Program-made: the position numbers and the translations under genes
The notes under the pieces: model-generated
The model's database searches: none
Seen by the model: only the letters and a program-made list of their open reading frames with translations
What the model was told of the DNA's origin: nothing
Source of the DNA: a virus
Direction: 5' to 3' (one strand)
IMG/VR virus record: IMGVR_UViG_3300021963_000063
Span: 32,731-96,730 of that record
DNA: 64,000 nt
Part shown: piece by piece, positions 20,801-32,300 of the stretch
How the letters are laid out: each line of letters starts with the position of its first letter
How positions within the stretch are numbered: the first letter of the stretch is position 1

Positions 20801-22601
20801 TTGTTATTACTTCTGGGGTATCTACATCTGGGGAAAAGGTAAGCTGATCTGATAATGAAAACTTACCTGTTGAATCAACATAAAATCCTGTACCTGCTGA
20901 TGAGTGTACACCAGATCCAATATATATCTTTGGCGTTGTACCTGCGTTTAATGCAATCTTAGAAGATCCGCTGCCTTTAAATATTTCATCTGAGCCAATT
21001 GACCAACCTGCTATGCTTCCACCTGCGGAAGCATTAATTACACCAGTTACATTTAGTGCTGAGCCATTCCAAGTTAGACCTTTTGTACCGTCCCCAATTC
21101 CAAATAATCCATTACTATACCAATAGTTGTGTTGATTTACATAAATACCATCATAAGAATATTCTGTAATACCATTACTCCATCCAGCATCGGTAGAGTC
21201 ATATGTTCCATTAATTGGACTAAACGTAATAGATACATCAGATAGTGCTTGTGTGGTTGCATTTGAAATTGTTATTACTGTTGCAGTTGCACTAACTACA
21301 GTTGTATTTGACGGAATTCCTGTGCCTGACACTGACATTCCTGCATATACTCCAGTAGAGGATACTACAGCTAGTGTGGTATCTGAATTATCTGCATTTA
21401 CATTTATAGATTTTGTAGAACTACTAGCATTAACATTAATTATATTAGAGCTAACAGAAGCTACTTGGAAAACTTTATTTAAAGATCCTAATCCACCACC
21501 ACTATTGCTTAACCCCGATAAGTAAATAAAATCTCCTGCAACAAAAGGATGTGAAGTTGACGTAGTAATTTCTGCTAACTGAGGAGAAGTTCCTGATAGT
21601 ATAACTTTTGTTATAGTTCTTTGTGAAGAAGAAATTGGATTATGGTTTGCTTTAATAGACATGCTAAATGCACCACTGGTAAGAAGTAGAGAGTTAGCAC
21701 TAATTTCACCAGCAATCTGTACACCCGTTCCAACAACAATATTTGAACCATTAAATGAGATAGTATTTGTTCCAGTTCCAAGCGAGAAGTTTCCATCATC
21801 ATACCAGTAGTTTGTTGCATCAATATAAATTCCATCTTCTAAAGATGGGGAAGCATCTACACCAAGGAACATGTCTCCAATTCTTACTTTTCCTGTAAAA
21901 ATTCCACCTGTTGCATTTATATCACCAGTGACGGCTAGGTTTGTGTTATTCCAGGTAACATTTTTTGTAGCATTTCCAATTTTAAATAGTCCAGAATCAT
22001 ACCAGTAATTATGCTCATTTATATATATACCATCATTGGTGCTATTTACATTTGTTCCAATTTTCATAGACCCTGGAGAATCTGGATCTAATGGATCTCC
22101 AATTACTAGGAACCCGTCAAAATATCCATCTGTTGCTTCAATTGTTCCTCTTACTGCAACATTAGAAAATACTGAATTTCCTTCTGTAGTAATTGTCCAA
22201 CCTGAATCACCTATAGATTTATTACTCCAGTCATCTTTTCTTATTTGAAGCTCTGTACCATCTGTAAATATCTTTACACCATTTAATATTGTTTTGTATC
22301 TTTCTACTCCACCTGCTGTATACCAGACGTTGTAAGATATGGTATCTGTTGTTGTTGGATCAATGTTTTCATCAACTCTAGTAATTAAATAATAAGTATC
22401 TGATATTAAAAAGAATCTTCCTGGAATCAAATCATCTGTTACAGCATCTGGATATTGTACAACTAAGTCTGGAATTGCTCCATTAAAGTTTGCAGAAGAA
22501 ATTGTTGAAAGCAATTTAGAGGAACCATCAAAGGGATCAAAAATTGCTTCTAGATAGCTAGACTGTGGAGAACTTAAAGAGTCCTGTGTTTGATTAGTCA
22601 T
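17850..22601 (-). CDS. Long tail fibre with C-terminal collar domain
   Basis: Gly/Thr/Ser-rich repeats; PIGSIVMW...GWLLCNG...PNLTGRF collar; HxH repeats; PPYLAVYFII end. Confidence 0.85.
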   Translation of the reverse strand: MTNQTQDSLSSPQSSYLEAIFDPFDGSSKLLSTISSANFNGAIPDLVVQYPDAVTDDLIPGRFFLISDTYYLITRVDENIDPTTTDTISYNVWYTAGGVERYKTILNGVKIFTDGTELQIRKDDWSNKSIGDSGWTITTEGNSVFSNVAVRGTIEATDGYFDGFLVIGDPLDPDSPGSMKIGTNVNSTNDGIYINEHNYWYDSGLFKIGNATKNVTWNNTNLAVTGDINATGGIFTGKVRIGDMFLGVDASPSLEDGIYIDATNYWYDDGNFSLGTGTNTISFNGSNIVVGTGVQIAGEISANSLLLTSGAFSMSIKANHNPISSSQRTITKVILSGTSPQLAEITTSTSHPFVAGDFIYLSGLSNSGGGLGSLNKVFQVASVSSNIINVNASSSTKSINVNADNSDTTLAVVSSTGVYAGMSVSGTGIPSNTTVVSATATVITISNATTQALSDVSITFSPINGTYDSTDAGWSNGITEYSYDGIYVNQHNYWYSNGLFGIGDGTKGLTWNGSALNVTGVINASAGGSIAGWSIGSDEIFKGSGSSKIALNAGTTPKIYIGSGVHSSAGTGFYVDSTGKFSLSDQLTFSPDVDTPEVITTGTFTSGNNTITVSSATGIVKGMLVIGTGIASNSTVTNISGTTITVTNNHTANGSGVSLTFSLADFSELQVQGRIKGVLESTTSISTPRLQTTATSVVISGTAGNQIATITTTGHAFIAGEKVLIENLPATNGLNNLNREFAIDTLADSVTFTIKLSGVSGVTNSTNNSLTGTVTLRELTLGLHPAQGTGSYSHSNGTGIRLDKFNWWFTNNQFRVGSVDSYIKWTTEPEPLLDVVGQIRATSGYIGGTDSGWEISSGLIKSIANQDNKNIHLSDGATDENNPKIFIGPTETASWNGADTPFYVDSQGYFSVGDRDSSLTYQPDIGIGGKGTVTVTGTIQALQGSIGSRDKGWKFDAAGILQTGSGEGRLALASSAAEFTGGLATINIERILLDDEFEDYEENFASIYVTVATSGFSSEMQAQLPDILYGKIMKFDFQGISTNNLTTVFDGKSISITDVLDRKRVFFVKEIDNYDPDGGFPEISSPQAATDIYPVYGSATTTQLSLYFTEIFTDDEFTSSTGGLAVGNTLVLESDVLPGVAAGNYVIAAIGTQDLDEGTILYGEADGYNARFGKLTLTRSGSAISLQESSGGGLSLLDTAGYYTLVFYPEDSGIVVHDTGSEGFYSYTTTKPKLSFYDELVTSPLADGFYYMWAGDDDADLAPFTIKKSTATGLNSLTIENRALGQSFVSQSVESTFAPFTAKATGISGSSFVPLIKSRVQGAAKTRISVLGQIHNTDNTIHTVLHNLNSDGTEDQKFYFRNDGVLLAPEFSGKGAVPIGSIVMWYTATPPAGWLLCNGQAVSSTLYPQLRAIMTTTPNLTGRFPLGVSGTTYPLGDVGGAASATYTTVTAHTHTMASDATAATNNANVIGGISGSVTEGTVGTNNHTHSVTGTSSAAGNAEAGSRGISGTTILTPTVNHTHGDGTYVANAGNGHSHTLNAFNHNFSITDRSIIGNAGANTAATASVATIPPYLAVYFIIYAG

Positions 22602-23428
22602 TATGCTGCTCCTGCTGCTGATACTATAATATCATCAATTGACGATGCCCTAACAGAGTCTCCTAAAAGCATTGGAAAGTATCCAATCCAGGATCCTGAA
22701 GAATTTTTATAGTATCTAACTATAACATATCTAAACTTATAATTTCCAGACTCAATTCTAGTTTCAGCATTTGCTCTTTTTCTAGTAAGTCCTGAAGGGT
22801 ATGCTGGTGGGGTGGTAGTGAATGCTGTTCCTCCATTTGATATATCTGAATCTAGATAATAAAGCTCTCCAGGATTTTCTTCTTCTTCCCACAAAAAGAA
22901 AACTACATCTCTTAGTGTTGTTGTCCATTCTAAACTGTTTCTAAGATTTGTTGGAAGATATGTTTTAATTATAAAATAGTCTGGAACGCTTACCGTTTCA
23001 GATAAAGATATTGTTCCAGCGTCTGTGGTCTTAGCAAAATTTGATCCTTTTCTATTAAACTTTATCATTTTTGAATTTGGAACAGTTGTAACCGTATGAG
23101 TTGCGTTTAAATTTGCAACTGTCATACCATTTAACAATATCCTATTTCCCTTTTTAAGACCATGGCTTGCTGTGGTCCATAGGGTTACTACATTTTTTGA
23201 TCTTTGTCTATATCTAACAGTGTCTGTATAAGTTCTTGTTATTTGTTTTTTTACCACTCTTTTTGTTACTGTGGGTGCAAATTCTGGATTTGAAATAAGT
23301 GGTGGAGCTTTTGGAGTTTCAATAAACAAGGCTCTACTAAACGAAGAATCTGTTACAGAAAATGGATCAGAGTACTTTAAAAGAACTCTATGCTTTCCTG
23401 GTTTTAAGTTTGGTACTGTAATATCCAT
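22601..23428 (-). CDS. Minor tail protein
   Basis: Position in the tail operon; contains the shared beta module. Confidence 0.6.
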   Translation of the reverse strand: MDITVPNLKPGKHRVLLKYSDPFSVTDSSFSRALFIETPKAPPLISNPEFAPTVTKRVVKKQITRTYTDTVRYRQRSKNVVTLWTTASHGLKKGNRILLNGMTVANLNATHTVTTVPNSKMIKFNRKGSNFAKTTDAGTISLSETVSVPDYFIIKTYLPTNLRNSLEWTTTLRDVVFFLWEEEENPGELYYLDSDISNGGTAFTTTPPAYPSGLTRKRANAETRIESGNYKFRYVIVRYYKNSSGSWIGYFPMLLGDSVRASSIDDIIVSAAGAA

Positions 23429-24366
23429 TATTCATTAAATCCTAAAACTAAGTAATACTCAATTGTAATAGGTTCTCCTGCTGATTTTTGGATAGGTGTT
23501 GCAAGTGCTGTTCTAGAAATTAATCCGTAGTTTACATCTACGTTATCTGTATCATCAAATTTAATTCCATCAAGAACTAATCCAGTTGATGTCATTGTAA
23601 TTGATATTTTATTTATGTTTGCCCATGAAGGTGCTCCAGTTGCTAGAATTTCATCTTTTGCACAGTTTAATATCTGATACCCTCCAGAGGATATTGTAAA
23701 AGTTTTTGAGTAAAAGTTTGTATCATTTGTTTCAAACTTAATTAATAAAGTTCCACTTGTACCTGTTGGGTCAACTGCTAGTTTAAGTAAATCTTTATCA
23801 CTAAAATCTGTAAAGTTTTTAGAAAATACGGTACTAAAGACTGTTGATCCAGCATCTATGTATACTGCTTCGTTTCCAATTCTGTATGTGCCATTGGCAA
23901 TGTTTTCTGAAATCATTCTTGATCCAGTTGTTTTTGATGATAGTTCTTCTACTCCCTCCGTCCAGCCATCATCGCTTTCTCCATTAAATAAAAGTAAATC
24001 TGAAAATTGAATAATCTGATTTTGGATAGCTTCTGGATAAAGACCAACCTCATAGATTGTGTATTTTAACGGATCATTAATTGTTGTTTTAAAAATTAAA
24101 GCATCAACATTATCTGTTCTATTTAATGTTGCAAGCTGTACTGGGGATTGACCAATTGAGAACCCCATTGTATTTAGGTCAATTAACTTATTGGCATTTA
24201 GTGCTGGATTTGCTTGACTGTCAACTCCAATAGCAATAGATCCTCCCACTGAAGGAATAAGACCTAGCAAACTTTTAAGGATAAGGGATCTTCCAACTAC
24301 TGTCAAAGCATTATCTTGTTCACATACAAGAGTGTCTCCCTTATAAATTCTATAAAAACCTCTCAT
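23428..24366 (-). CDS. Minor tail/baseplate protein
   Basis: NALTVVG...IAIG...YEVGLY...K-x5-ITIEY pattern of fibre-anchor domains. Confidence 0.65.
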   Translation of the reverse strand: MRGFYRIYKGDTLVCEQDNALTVVGRSLILKSLLGLIPSVGGSIAIGVDSQANPALNANKLIDLNTMGFSIGQSPVQLATLNRTDNVDALIFKTTINDPLKYTIYEVGLYPEAIQNQIIQFSDLLLFNGESDDGWTEGVEELSSKTTGSRMISENIANGTYRIGNEAVYIDAGSTVFSTVFSKNFTDFSDKDLLKLAVDPTGTSGTLLIKFETNDTNFYSKTFTISSGGYQILNCAKDEILATGAPSWANINKISITMTSTGLVLDGIKFDDTDNVDVNYGLISRTALATPIQKSAGEPITIEYYLVLGFNE

Positions 24367-24388
24367 AATATACTATTTTACCACCTTA

Positions 24389-24934
24389 TTAGGATACATG
24401 TTCTGTCCTAACTTCAGCTTCTATTTCACCTATGGTATTGCCAATAGATACCCTCATATCGTACACAGGATTACCCTCAGCATCATATTTTATAATTGTT
24501 GGGTAAAAGGTTCCCGAAGCTGTATCTATCTTACCAAAATAGTTAATCAGGGAAGACTTATTACTTTTACCAAACTTTACCAATGATTCTATAGACCTTA
24601 CAATTGTATTTATTTTTTCAAGGTACTGGTTTTTAGTTATACTAACCTGTGCAGTTGCTGCTGCAAATGCCTGTGGTATAGTTCTATCATTTAGCCTAGT
24701 AATACTATCATTCGCTGGAATAATTGATTCTGGAATAGAGTTTACAGTACTAGCAGTAAATGTATTTAATAACCCTTCACCGCTTTTTATAAGAGACATT
24801 TGAAATTGATTAATAACTTCTTTGTATTTTTCATCAACATTTGGATCATTAAAAACCTTGCTTGATCCTGCAGGAGTTATTTTCTTTGAAGCTTTAGCTC
24901 TTGATGTAAAGTATTTAGATGCCATTATGGACAC
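24389..24934 (-). CDS. Hypothetical tail-region protein
   Basis: ORF track, in operon. Confidence 0.55.
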   Translation of the reverse strand: MSIMASKYFTSRAKASKKITPAGSSKVFNDPNVDEKYKEVINQFQMSLIKSGEGLLNTFTASTVNSIPESIIPANDSITRLNDRTIPQAFAAATAQVSITKNQYLEKINTIVRSIESLVKFGKSNKSSLINYFGKIDTASGTFYPTIIKYDAEGNPVYDMRVSIGNTIGEIEAEVRTEHVS

Positions 24935-27900
24935 TCCCTAATAACTATAGAAGTTGTTGGACCAGCTTCGTTTACTTCCCTGTTAATTTCAGCAACAACA
25001 TATGTCTTGTTTCCAATATCATCTACTGAGTAACCTGCGTCTGAGTAAAATACTCCTACCTTGTCACCTAGTTCTAGTAGGGGATTACAAAAGGCTGAAA
25101 TATTTAATTCTTTTCTTTCTTGAGATGCATTCTTAACAATCCATTGCATCATTTTTTCTGCCTGTCTTTCTGTTGCAATATACTCAGATGCAATACCTAC
25201 AGAAACATCACCATACATTTGTTTGTTTTGATATAACCTATTTTGTAAGATATCGTATTCGTTATTATCTTCAAGATCTTCAATATATTTCTTTAGACTT
25301 ATTTCTCCGTCTGCAATATAATCTAATTTAATGCCACTAATAAATAGTGGTGTCAGAGAATCTTCTCCAAGAGTTATTGTAGAGTTTGATGTATTGTATA
25401 CCCAGAACTTAGCACCAAAGGCATTTGGATAATAGTTTTTAACAAGGTAGTCTGAACTTACTGATGAAAAATCTATCATAGATGAAGTAAATGTTGGTGA
25501 ATCAAACTTAACATCAAACTTTTTAATTTCTCTAGCCATCGTAGCAAAGTCTTCAAAGTAAACTTTTTTATTATTCTGTGATCCTATAGCAGCCATCTTT
25601 ACTGCTTTACCCACACTCATCTGACGATATCCCAGTGAGTCTTCAAAAGATGATGTAATTTTATTTTCTGCATCAGAATAAGCATAGATGTGGTCATATA
25701 TTGCTTGGCTATCATCTCTAACAAACATTCCAATTCTATTTGTTCTTGGCAATCTTGATGCGTTTTTATCAATGATTTTAAATAATCTTTCACCTTGCCA
25801 ATATACACTAAACTCTAAATCAAACTTAGAACCCTTTTTATTTACTACTTTACACTTTAAATCTAATTCAAAAATTGTGGCAGTAACTCCATCCTTTAAG
25901 GACTTTGAATTTTCAGATATACTTCCAATAAAATTGGTTGTACTTATATTAGCTCTAGCGGTTCCTAAAACAAAACATTCAGTTGTATTAGATGTGGTTG
26001 TCATTCTATAAAGCCTTATATTTCCAGTTGCCTCTCCGTCTCTTGATGGAGCAACTTCAAGAAAATATCCACTCATATATTTGCCATCGCCAACTATTCC
26101 AGAGTCTGTTAAATGCATTGCTATTCCTGCAATGTGAGAAGAGGTATCCTTTTTAGGATCACCGTCAGTCATTACAAGTCTCATTCTTGTTCCAACTGCT
26201 TCTGGGATAGCCTCTAGATTATTTGAATATCCATGAATGAATCTTTGACCATAGTCATCTATTTGTAAGTTCTTTACTGCTGCACCTGGTTTTTGATTTT
26301 CTTTCTTTAAACTTGATGGTCCTGAAAGTCTAGCATATCCTGATTGATTTCCATTAAGTGTGTAAGATAAGGAAGCTTCTCTATTTCCTAATCCATCTAA
26401 TTTTTTATCAGCAATAATTGTTGACATATGTTTCCAGTCATCGTTAAAGTCTGATGAAGACCTTGCAACATGTTTTTGAGCACTAGTGCCATTTTGAGCT
26501 CTTCCATCGCTTTGAATAGTATATCTAAAACTACTATCTGAAAGAGTTGGCTTTCCAACAAACTTAAAGTTCATATAAACAATTAAGGCTTTTGGCAATA
26601 CTTTTGATCCACTAGGGATAGTTCCTCTAAGGGATTCAAGTTCATCTTGATTAAAAATAAATCTAGAATATGATTTTGCAGGCTCTGTAACACTAACCAG
26701 GATTCCATTATATTTAATAACTTCATTATTAATATAAACATATCCTTCATATTTATTTGACTGTAAAAATAGATATGCTGAGTCGTTATCAATGTTAATT
26801 AAAAGATCGTCATCTGTATATCCAGGATTTTGATATATGGTACCAAAAGCTTTTCTTATGGCATCTTCTTCATTTATGGCAGGTATTGTTTTTCCAGATA
26901 GTGCTTTTAATGGTCTACCGTCTTTTGACATACTTTTTTCTAAGATTGCTGAAATTAAAACTGATTGAGAACTATCTGATTGAGTTGCTTCCCAAAGTAT
27001 TCCTGGTACATAGGAAAGCTCTGTTAAAACTGTAGTTGGGCTGGTAGATGCCCTATCAATAAGTTCTTGTCTTTTTACTGGATCAAATTCTTCTGCAAGT
27101 GCTGTTGGCTCCTTTTTAATATTAATAATTTTGTACTGAATAGTACCATCAGTAACTGGAGGAATAGATGTTTCACTAATTGATTCAATGTTAGAAAACT
27201 TACCATCAATATAAGAATATTCAGCATCACTAGAAACTGGTTGATTTCCAATAAACCAGTAATTCTTTCCTCGTATTTCTGCAGAGTTTATATCAAATGC
27301 AGTTCTAGAAGATATTCTATCTTTTGTCATAACCACAAAGTTATTATCTGCATCCATGAACATTGATAGTTGTACCGAAGTTGCAATATCATTAAGTGCT
27401 TCTGCAACTGTAAAATCATTTGAGGAATAAAAGAAATTCATTTCTGGATCAATACCATCTTTTGTTTCAAAAGAAAACTTATTATATCCAATGTTATCTA
27501 GCAACATTCTAATAGCTAGAGATGACTTTAGTGGATTCTTATATCCAATAAGTAAGTTTGGTGCCTGAGTCTCTCTAAAGAATTTAATATAGTCTTCTAG
27601 GTTAACTGATGTAGTAAATTCTGAAGCCTGGGACCATTGGGTTGAATACATAGTTTTAATTGGAACAGCATATTCATTTAAATCATTTATAAGTATTTGA
27701 TAAAATACAAACTTAACATTTGCCCTTAGCATTGTCTCTAATTCATAATTTGCCACACTAGAATCTTTTACATATGTAAAAATAGAATCTGGATTCATCT
27801 TATCAAATATTCTAGTTTCATTTGATAAGACCATGCTTCCATTAGAGCTTACAAGTGATCCTAAAGGTAATCCATACTGACTATCTCCAATGCTTGAACT

Positions 27901-28815
27901 TATTGAAAAAGACATAACATGGTTTGTCATATTTACAACTAACCTTGGTGAAATTTCAATAAGTTCTAGTGGGATATACTGTCTTGACATTCCATAAACA
28001 AGAATCCTTACACCCTTCATTGTTACAGCCTGTGTTGTATTTTCAGAAAACTGATCTAAATAAGACTGAGAACTTGATGAGCTTACAAAATACCAACTTG
28101 TTCCATTATAAGATATCTCAATTTTTCCATTAATTCCAGCAGTGGTTGCAGATGAGGATCTATCAATTGCTGTTACCCAGTTATTACTTGTATTTAGATA
28201 TTGAATCTTAAATTTATTTGGATATCCTTTATCTTTTTGAGTTTTAATTGTTATCTTGTTAGCTTTAAAGCTATTTGAGTAAACAACAAAAGGATTAGCA
28301 TTTGATATGTTTAAAGAAGAGTTAGATAAGCCAACATTGGCATTATCTAAACTTCTATAAGAATTCCAATACTTAAAGGATGAGTCTGCAGATACTGGGT
28401 ATAGCCTAGTTTCTGAATTAGAAAAATTTGCCTGTTTAGTATAATTGCTATTAGATATAATTCTTCCAGGTGTGCTGTCTTTATATCCATTAATTGCTAC
28501 TCCGTGAATAAGACCAGCATCTGGTCTATTTGGTTTAAAGCATTCTCTTAATGGGCTTACCTTTAATCTATCATCATTATCAGTATAGATGTTACCTATG
28601 TCATCCGAACCAAATGCATTTTTATCATTTCCATTATCCCATCCACTTGCCGTGTAAGTTTGTGGAACAGCTGAGGGTGCACCAGTGTAGCATCCAAGCT
28701 TTGCAATCTCATAGTATGAATTCATATTGAACTCAGCAACTACAACATGAGATGATTTAAGAGATGCCTCTGTATCAAATAATAAATCTACAGAACTATT
28801 TCCTGTGGTTTTCAC
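24925..28815 (-). CDS. Large minor tail (hub/tip) protein
   Basis: Two genes after the tape measure; C-terminal NPLLELGDKV hub-type motif; probable GTG start at 28815. Confidence 0.75.
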   Translation of the reverse strand: MKTTGNSSVDLLFDTEASLKSSHVVVAEFNMNSYYEIAKLGCYTGAPSAVPQTYTASGWDNGNDKNAFGSDDIGNIYTDNDDRLKVSPLRECFKPNRPDAGLIHGVAINGYKDSTPGRIISNSNYTKQANFSNSETRLYPVSADSSFKYWNSYRSLDNANVGLSNSSLNISNANPFVVYSNSFKANKITIKTQKDKGYPNKFKIQYLNTSNNWVTAIDRSSSATTAGINGKIEISYNGTSWYFVSSSSSQSYLDQFSENTTQAVTMKGVRILVYGMSRQYIPLELIEISPRLVVNMTNHVMSFSISSSIGDSQYGLPLGSLVSSNGSMVLSNETRIFDKMNPDSIFTYVKDSSVANYELETMLRANVKFVFYQILINDLNEYAVPIKTMYSTQWSQASEFTTSVNLEDYIKFFRETQAPNLLIGYKNPLKSSLAIRMLLDNIGYNKFSFETKDGIDPEMNFFYSSNDFTVAEALNDIATSVQLSMFMDADNNFVVMTKDRISSRTAFDINSAEIRGKNYWFIGNQPVSSDAEYSYIDGKFSNIESISETSIPPVTDGTIQYKIINIKKEPTALAEEFDPVKRQELIDRASTSPTTVLTELSYVPGILWEATQSDSSQSVLISAILEKSMSKDGRPLKALSGKTIPAINEEDAIRKAFGTIYQNPGYTDDDLLINIDNDSAYLFLQSNKYEGYVYINNEVIKYNGILVSVTEPAKSYSRFIFNQDELESLRGTIPSGSKVLPKALIVYMNFKFVGKPTLSDSSFRYTIQSDGRAQNGTSAQKHVARSSSDFNDDWKHMSTIIADKKLDGLGNREASLSYTLNGNQSGYARLSGPSSLKKENQKPGAAVKNLQIDDYGQRFIHGYSNNLEAIPEAVGTRMRLVMTDGDPKKDTSSHIAGIAMHLTDSGIVGDGKYMSGYFLEVAPSRDGEATGNIRLYRMTTTSNTTECFVLGTARANISTTNFIGSISENSKSLKDGVTATIFELDLKCKVVNKKGSKFDLEFSVYWQGERLFKIIDKNASRLPRTNRIGMFVRDDSQAIYDHIYAYSDAENKITSSFEDSLGYRQMSVGKAVKMAAIGSQNNKKVYFEDFATMAREIKKFDVKFDSPTFTSSMIDFSSVSSDYLVKNYYPNAFGAKFWVYNTSNSTITLGEDSLTPLFISGIKLDYIADGEISLKKYIEDLEDNNEYDILQNRLYQNKQMYGDVSVGIASEYIATERQAEKMMQWIVKNASQERKELNISAFCNPLLELGDKVGVFYSDAGYSVDDIGNKTYVVAEINREVNEAGPTTSIVIRECP

Positions 28816-29336
28816 TAGACCTCCACCAAAGAAATATTTACATTCCAAAGATCGTTGTAGTGCCCTCTTCTAGACACGGAATAATCAAAAGACTGGAAAA
28901 ATACATGATACATTTCTGCGGAAACATCTACATTGTCTGATGCATCTGTATCATATACAAGCAACATCCAGAAATCTCCAGTATTTGTTTCATGCCAATT
29001 TTTAATGTCCAGACCTGCACCAAATGTGTCTGAGGTTAGTGATTCTGAACCATTTAATTTTCTTGATGGAATATCCGACCAAGATGTGGAGAATGTTTTC
29101 TTATCTGCAACATGGTATGAACGCATGGTGCCATCAATCATTCTTCTTTTATATTCAATTCTTTCTGGGTTAATTTGCAAAGGAGCTCTATTGTCATCTG
29201 TTAAATATAAAGTAGTTCCACCTTTGAAGTCCCACTTATTTGCATTTATGCCAATGCCTTCTTCTGGCTCTACAGTAGAAAAAACAATTAGAGAGGGTCT
29301 TCTCCAAACTTTATTTAATGAACTATATGTTGCCAT
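28815..29336 (-). CDS. Distal-tail-like protein
   Basis: Directly after the tape measure; RMIDGTMR motif. Confidence 0.65.
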   Translation of the reverse strand: MATYSSLNKVWRRPSLIVFSTVEPEEGIGINANKWDFKGGTTLYLTDDNRAPLQINPERIEYKRRMIDGTMRSYHVADKKTFSTSWSDIPSRKLNGSESLTSDTFGAGLDIKNWHETNTGDFWMLLVYDTDASDNVDVSAEMYHVFFQSFDYSVSRRGHYNDLWNVNISLVEV

Positions 29337-32300
29337 TACCCTATGCTCCTGCTAAACTTTCTTCTATTCATTTCTGAATTAATTAATTGAGCTGCTCTAT
29401 CTGCTGCCTGTTTAGGATCATTAACACCATTTACAGTAACATTAATCTGTGGTGAACTTGATACCATGCTACCATTCATTATACCACCACTAGCCATTGC
29501 TGGAACATTATATTTAATTGGAACAACTTTACCACCTGAACCATAAGGCATCACGATTTCAGGACCATTTTCACCAACCATGTAAGGTTTATTCATTGTC
29601 ATTGATCCACCGAACCTGCGACCAACTAAGGATGCAACTCCATCCTTAATAACCTTATTGTATGTAGCTTCAGTAGTTCCCATTGCTGTTGCGATTTGAG
29701 CAACAGATGCTTCAAGTTGTGTATCTGATTGTGAGATTTCTTGTGTTCCAGTTGGACCATTGTAGTTTCCGCTAATGGCAGCCAGAGGGTTCATTCTTCT
29801 TCCACCCTTAAAAACTTCAAAGTGAAGGTGTGGTCCCGTTGAGTTTCCTGAATTTCCAGAAAGGGCAACAACTTCTCCTTGAGATACATTTCCAGTTTTT
29901 AATACTTTTCCAAGGTGGGCATATTTTGTTTTCCATCCATTTCCAGTAATTGTTAATAATCTTCCGTAGCTGGCTAAACCGTCACCATAATTTCTTCCAG
30001 CCATTGGGTTTGATGCTGAGTTTATTCCATTTGGATCCATTTTAATAGTTTGAGATTCAACATTTCCACTGTGTGCTGCAACAACAGATGCTCCTGTTGG
30101 ACCGCTAAAGTCTGTTCCAAGGTGTCCGTTGTCTCCGTAAGGATATCCCTTGTTTGCTCCATAACTAATTGGTTTTACAATTCCACCATCAGCAAACTTT
30201 TGCTCGTTAATAGCATCCATCATGCCTACGCCATACTCATCTACTGCAGATGCTTGCACAACATATTCTCCATTAGATAAGCGAGCAGGGATTAAATCAG
30301 CCTTTGGTCCACCTGCACCTGAAATGTATCCCCCCGATGCGTAGCCTCCCTTTGATTCTCCACCAGATGTAGGACCATTTGATCCTGATCCAGAGTTTCC
30401 TGCAGTTGTTCCTGTTGTAGTATAGGCAGAAGATCCTTCACCACCATTTGAGTTTTGAACTCCATAGGTCTGCTTCATGTATGCCTGACCAGCTGCTATT
30501 GCTTCTTCAATAGTTTTACCCTTTGCTAATTCAGCAATTGCAATTTGAACGGCTACAACTTTTCCAGCTTCTGTTGCTGCTTTGCTATACCCACCCATCA
30601 TTGAGTCAAATGCTCCACCAGACATTGTGCTTAATGAGCTCCAAGCACCTTGCTGATCCTGTAAAGATTTCATTTCTACAGCATTTGCTGCTACAAGAGC
30701 ATCTCTTTGGGCTTGAATTGCTTCCAGTCTATTTTGATGACGCTCATCTTCTGTTGCAGCTAGTTCTTGTTCTTTCTTTATTTCTTCTTGTTTTGCATCT
30801 ACTGCTGCTTGTCTTCTATCATCAATAGCTTTTATTTCAGATTCAAAACCAAATTGTTGTGCTGCTCCAGCCATGTTTTCTTGTGCCTGAACAAATCCAA
30901 ATACGTCTCCACTTGCAAGTGACTTTAAGCCACCAACTGCGGTATCTCTTTGTTGATTTGCAAAATCATCTGCTCTTTGTTCATCCTGAAGTGCCTTAAT
31001 ATAAGCATCAGCACTCTTATTAATTTCTTCAATTTCATCTTGCTTTTGCTTAATAAATTTTTCATGTGCTTTTTGAGCATTTTCATATCTTTTATTTTCA
31101 GCTTCTGTTGCATTTTCATTAGCAATTATCTCTTGATCAAATTTTGCTTGTTGTGCTGTTATTTGCTTATCAAGATCTTTAAGGGCAGCTTCAGCTGCTT
31201 CTTTATTTTGAATATCAATATTTATTTTAACATCTCTATTTCTTTCGACCTCATCAAGAATTGAATTGACTTTTTCTATGTCTCCTTCTGCAAGAGCAAC
31301 ACTGATAATTCTTTGCTGAGACTCATTAATAATTCCTTGCTGTTCTGCATTCATAATTCTTGTTCCAAGAACTAGGTCTTGTTGTTGTTGGTCTTCAGTT
31401 TTTGTGTATCCATCTTCTGTTGTAGTACCAAATAGTTGTTCTAGGGTGGAACCCATTCCACTTTGAGTTCCATAGGCTGCAGCTGCTGCTTCTTTTAATG
31501 CCTCTGCACCTAAAGTAACCTGATCAGCATTAAAGTTGCTCATATTATTAATTAAATTATTTAATGCGTCTAACTGATCTTCTGGGGGAGCAAACTGAAT
31601 AACATCTAATGATCCAGCCATCGACTCTTTAAATGCTTCCTTTGCTCCTGCATCAAATACACCAAAATCTTTTTGTGAGGTTAATGCTTTTAGCTGTGCA
31701 TCTTGAGCAGCTTTAAAAACTTCATTAATATTGTCACTGTTCATTTGTTCAAGCTGAGGTCTCATGTCACTAAGAACACTTAATATATCATCTCCACCTT
31801 CTCTTGCAATTGTTGTAATGATTTCATTTGCATCTTCAACGCTTACACCCTGTTGTCTTAAAGTGGCATACTTAGTAATTAATTGACCCTTTACGTTATC
31901 TATATTTTTCTTATTTTCTTCATCACTAAGATATGGGCTTATTCCTTCTGTTTTTTCTTGAAGATTTGCAATTAAAGCTGAGTTATCTTCTTTAATAGCA
32001 GCTTTCTTTTCTTCAGAAACTACTGTTGATTTTGTTTCAGTAAAGCCAATTCCTAGGTCTTTTGTAAGCTGTGCATTTTCTTTAATTTTATCATTAATTT
32101 TAGTTAGCTCATAGCCATAGGCTTGTGCTGTCTTGGCACCAACAGAGAATGCTTGTTCTGCTGATTTTCTTGCTTCTTCAACTTCTTTTTTGTATTTCAT
32201 CCATGCTGCTGCTCCAAGTGCAATTGCTGCAACTGCAATTAGTCCAGGTCCAGACATTAAGGCACCCATTGCAAGTCTACCTGCACCACCTGCCATTTGA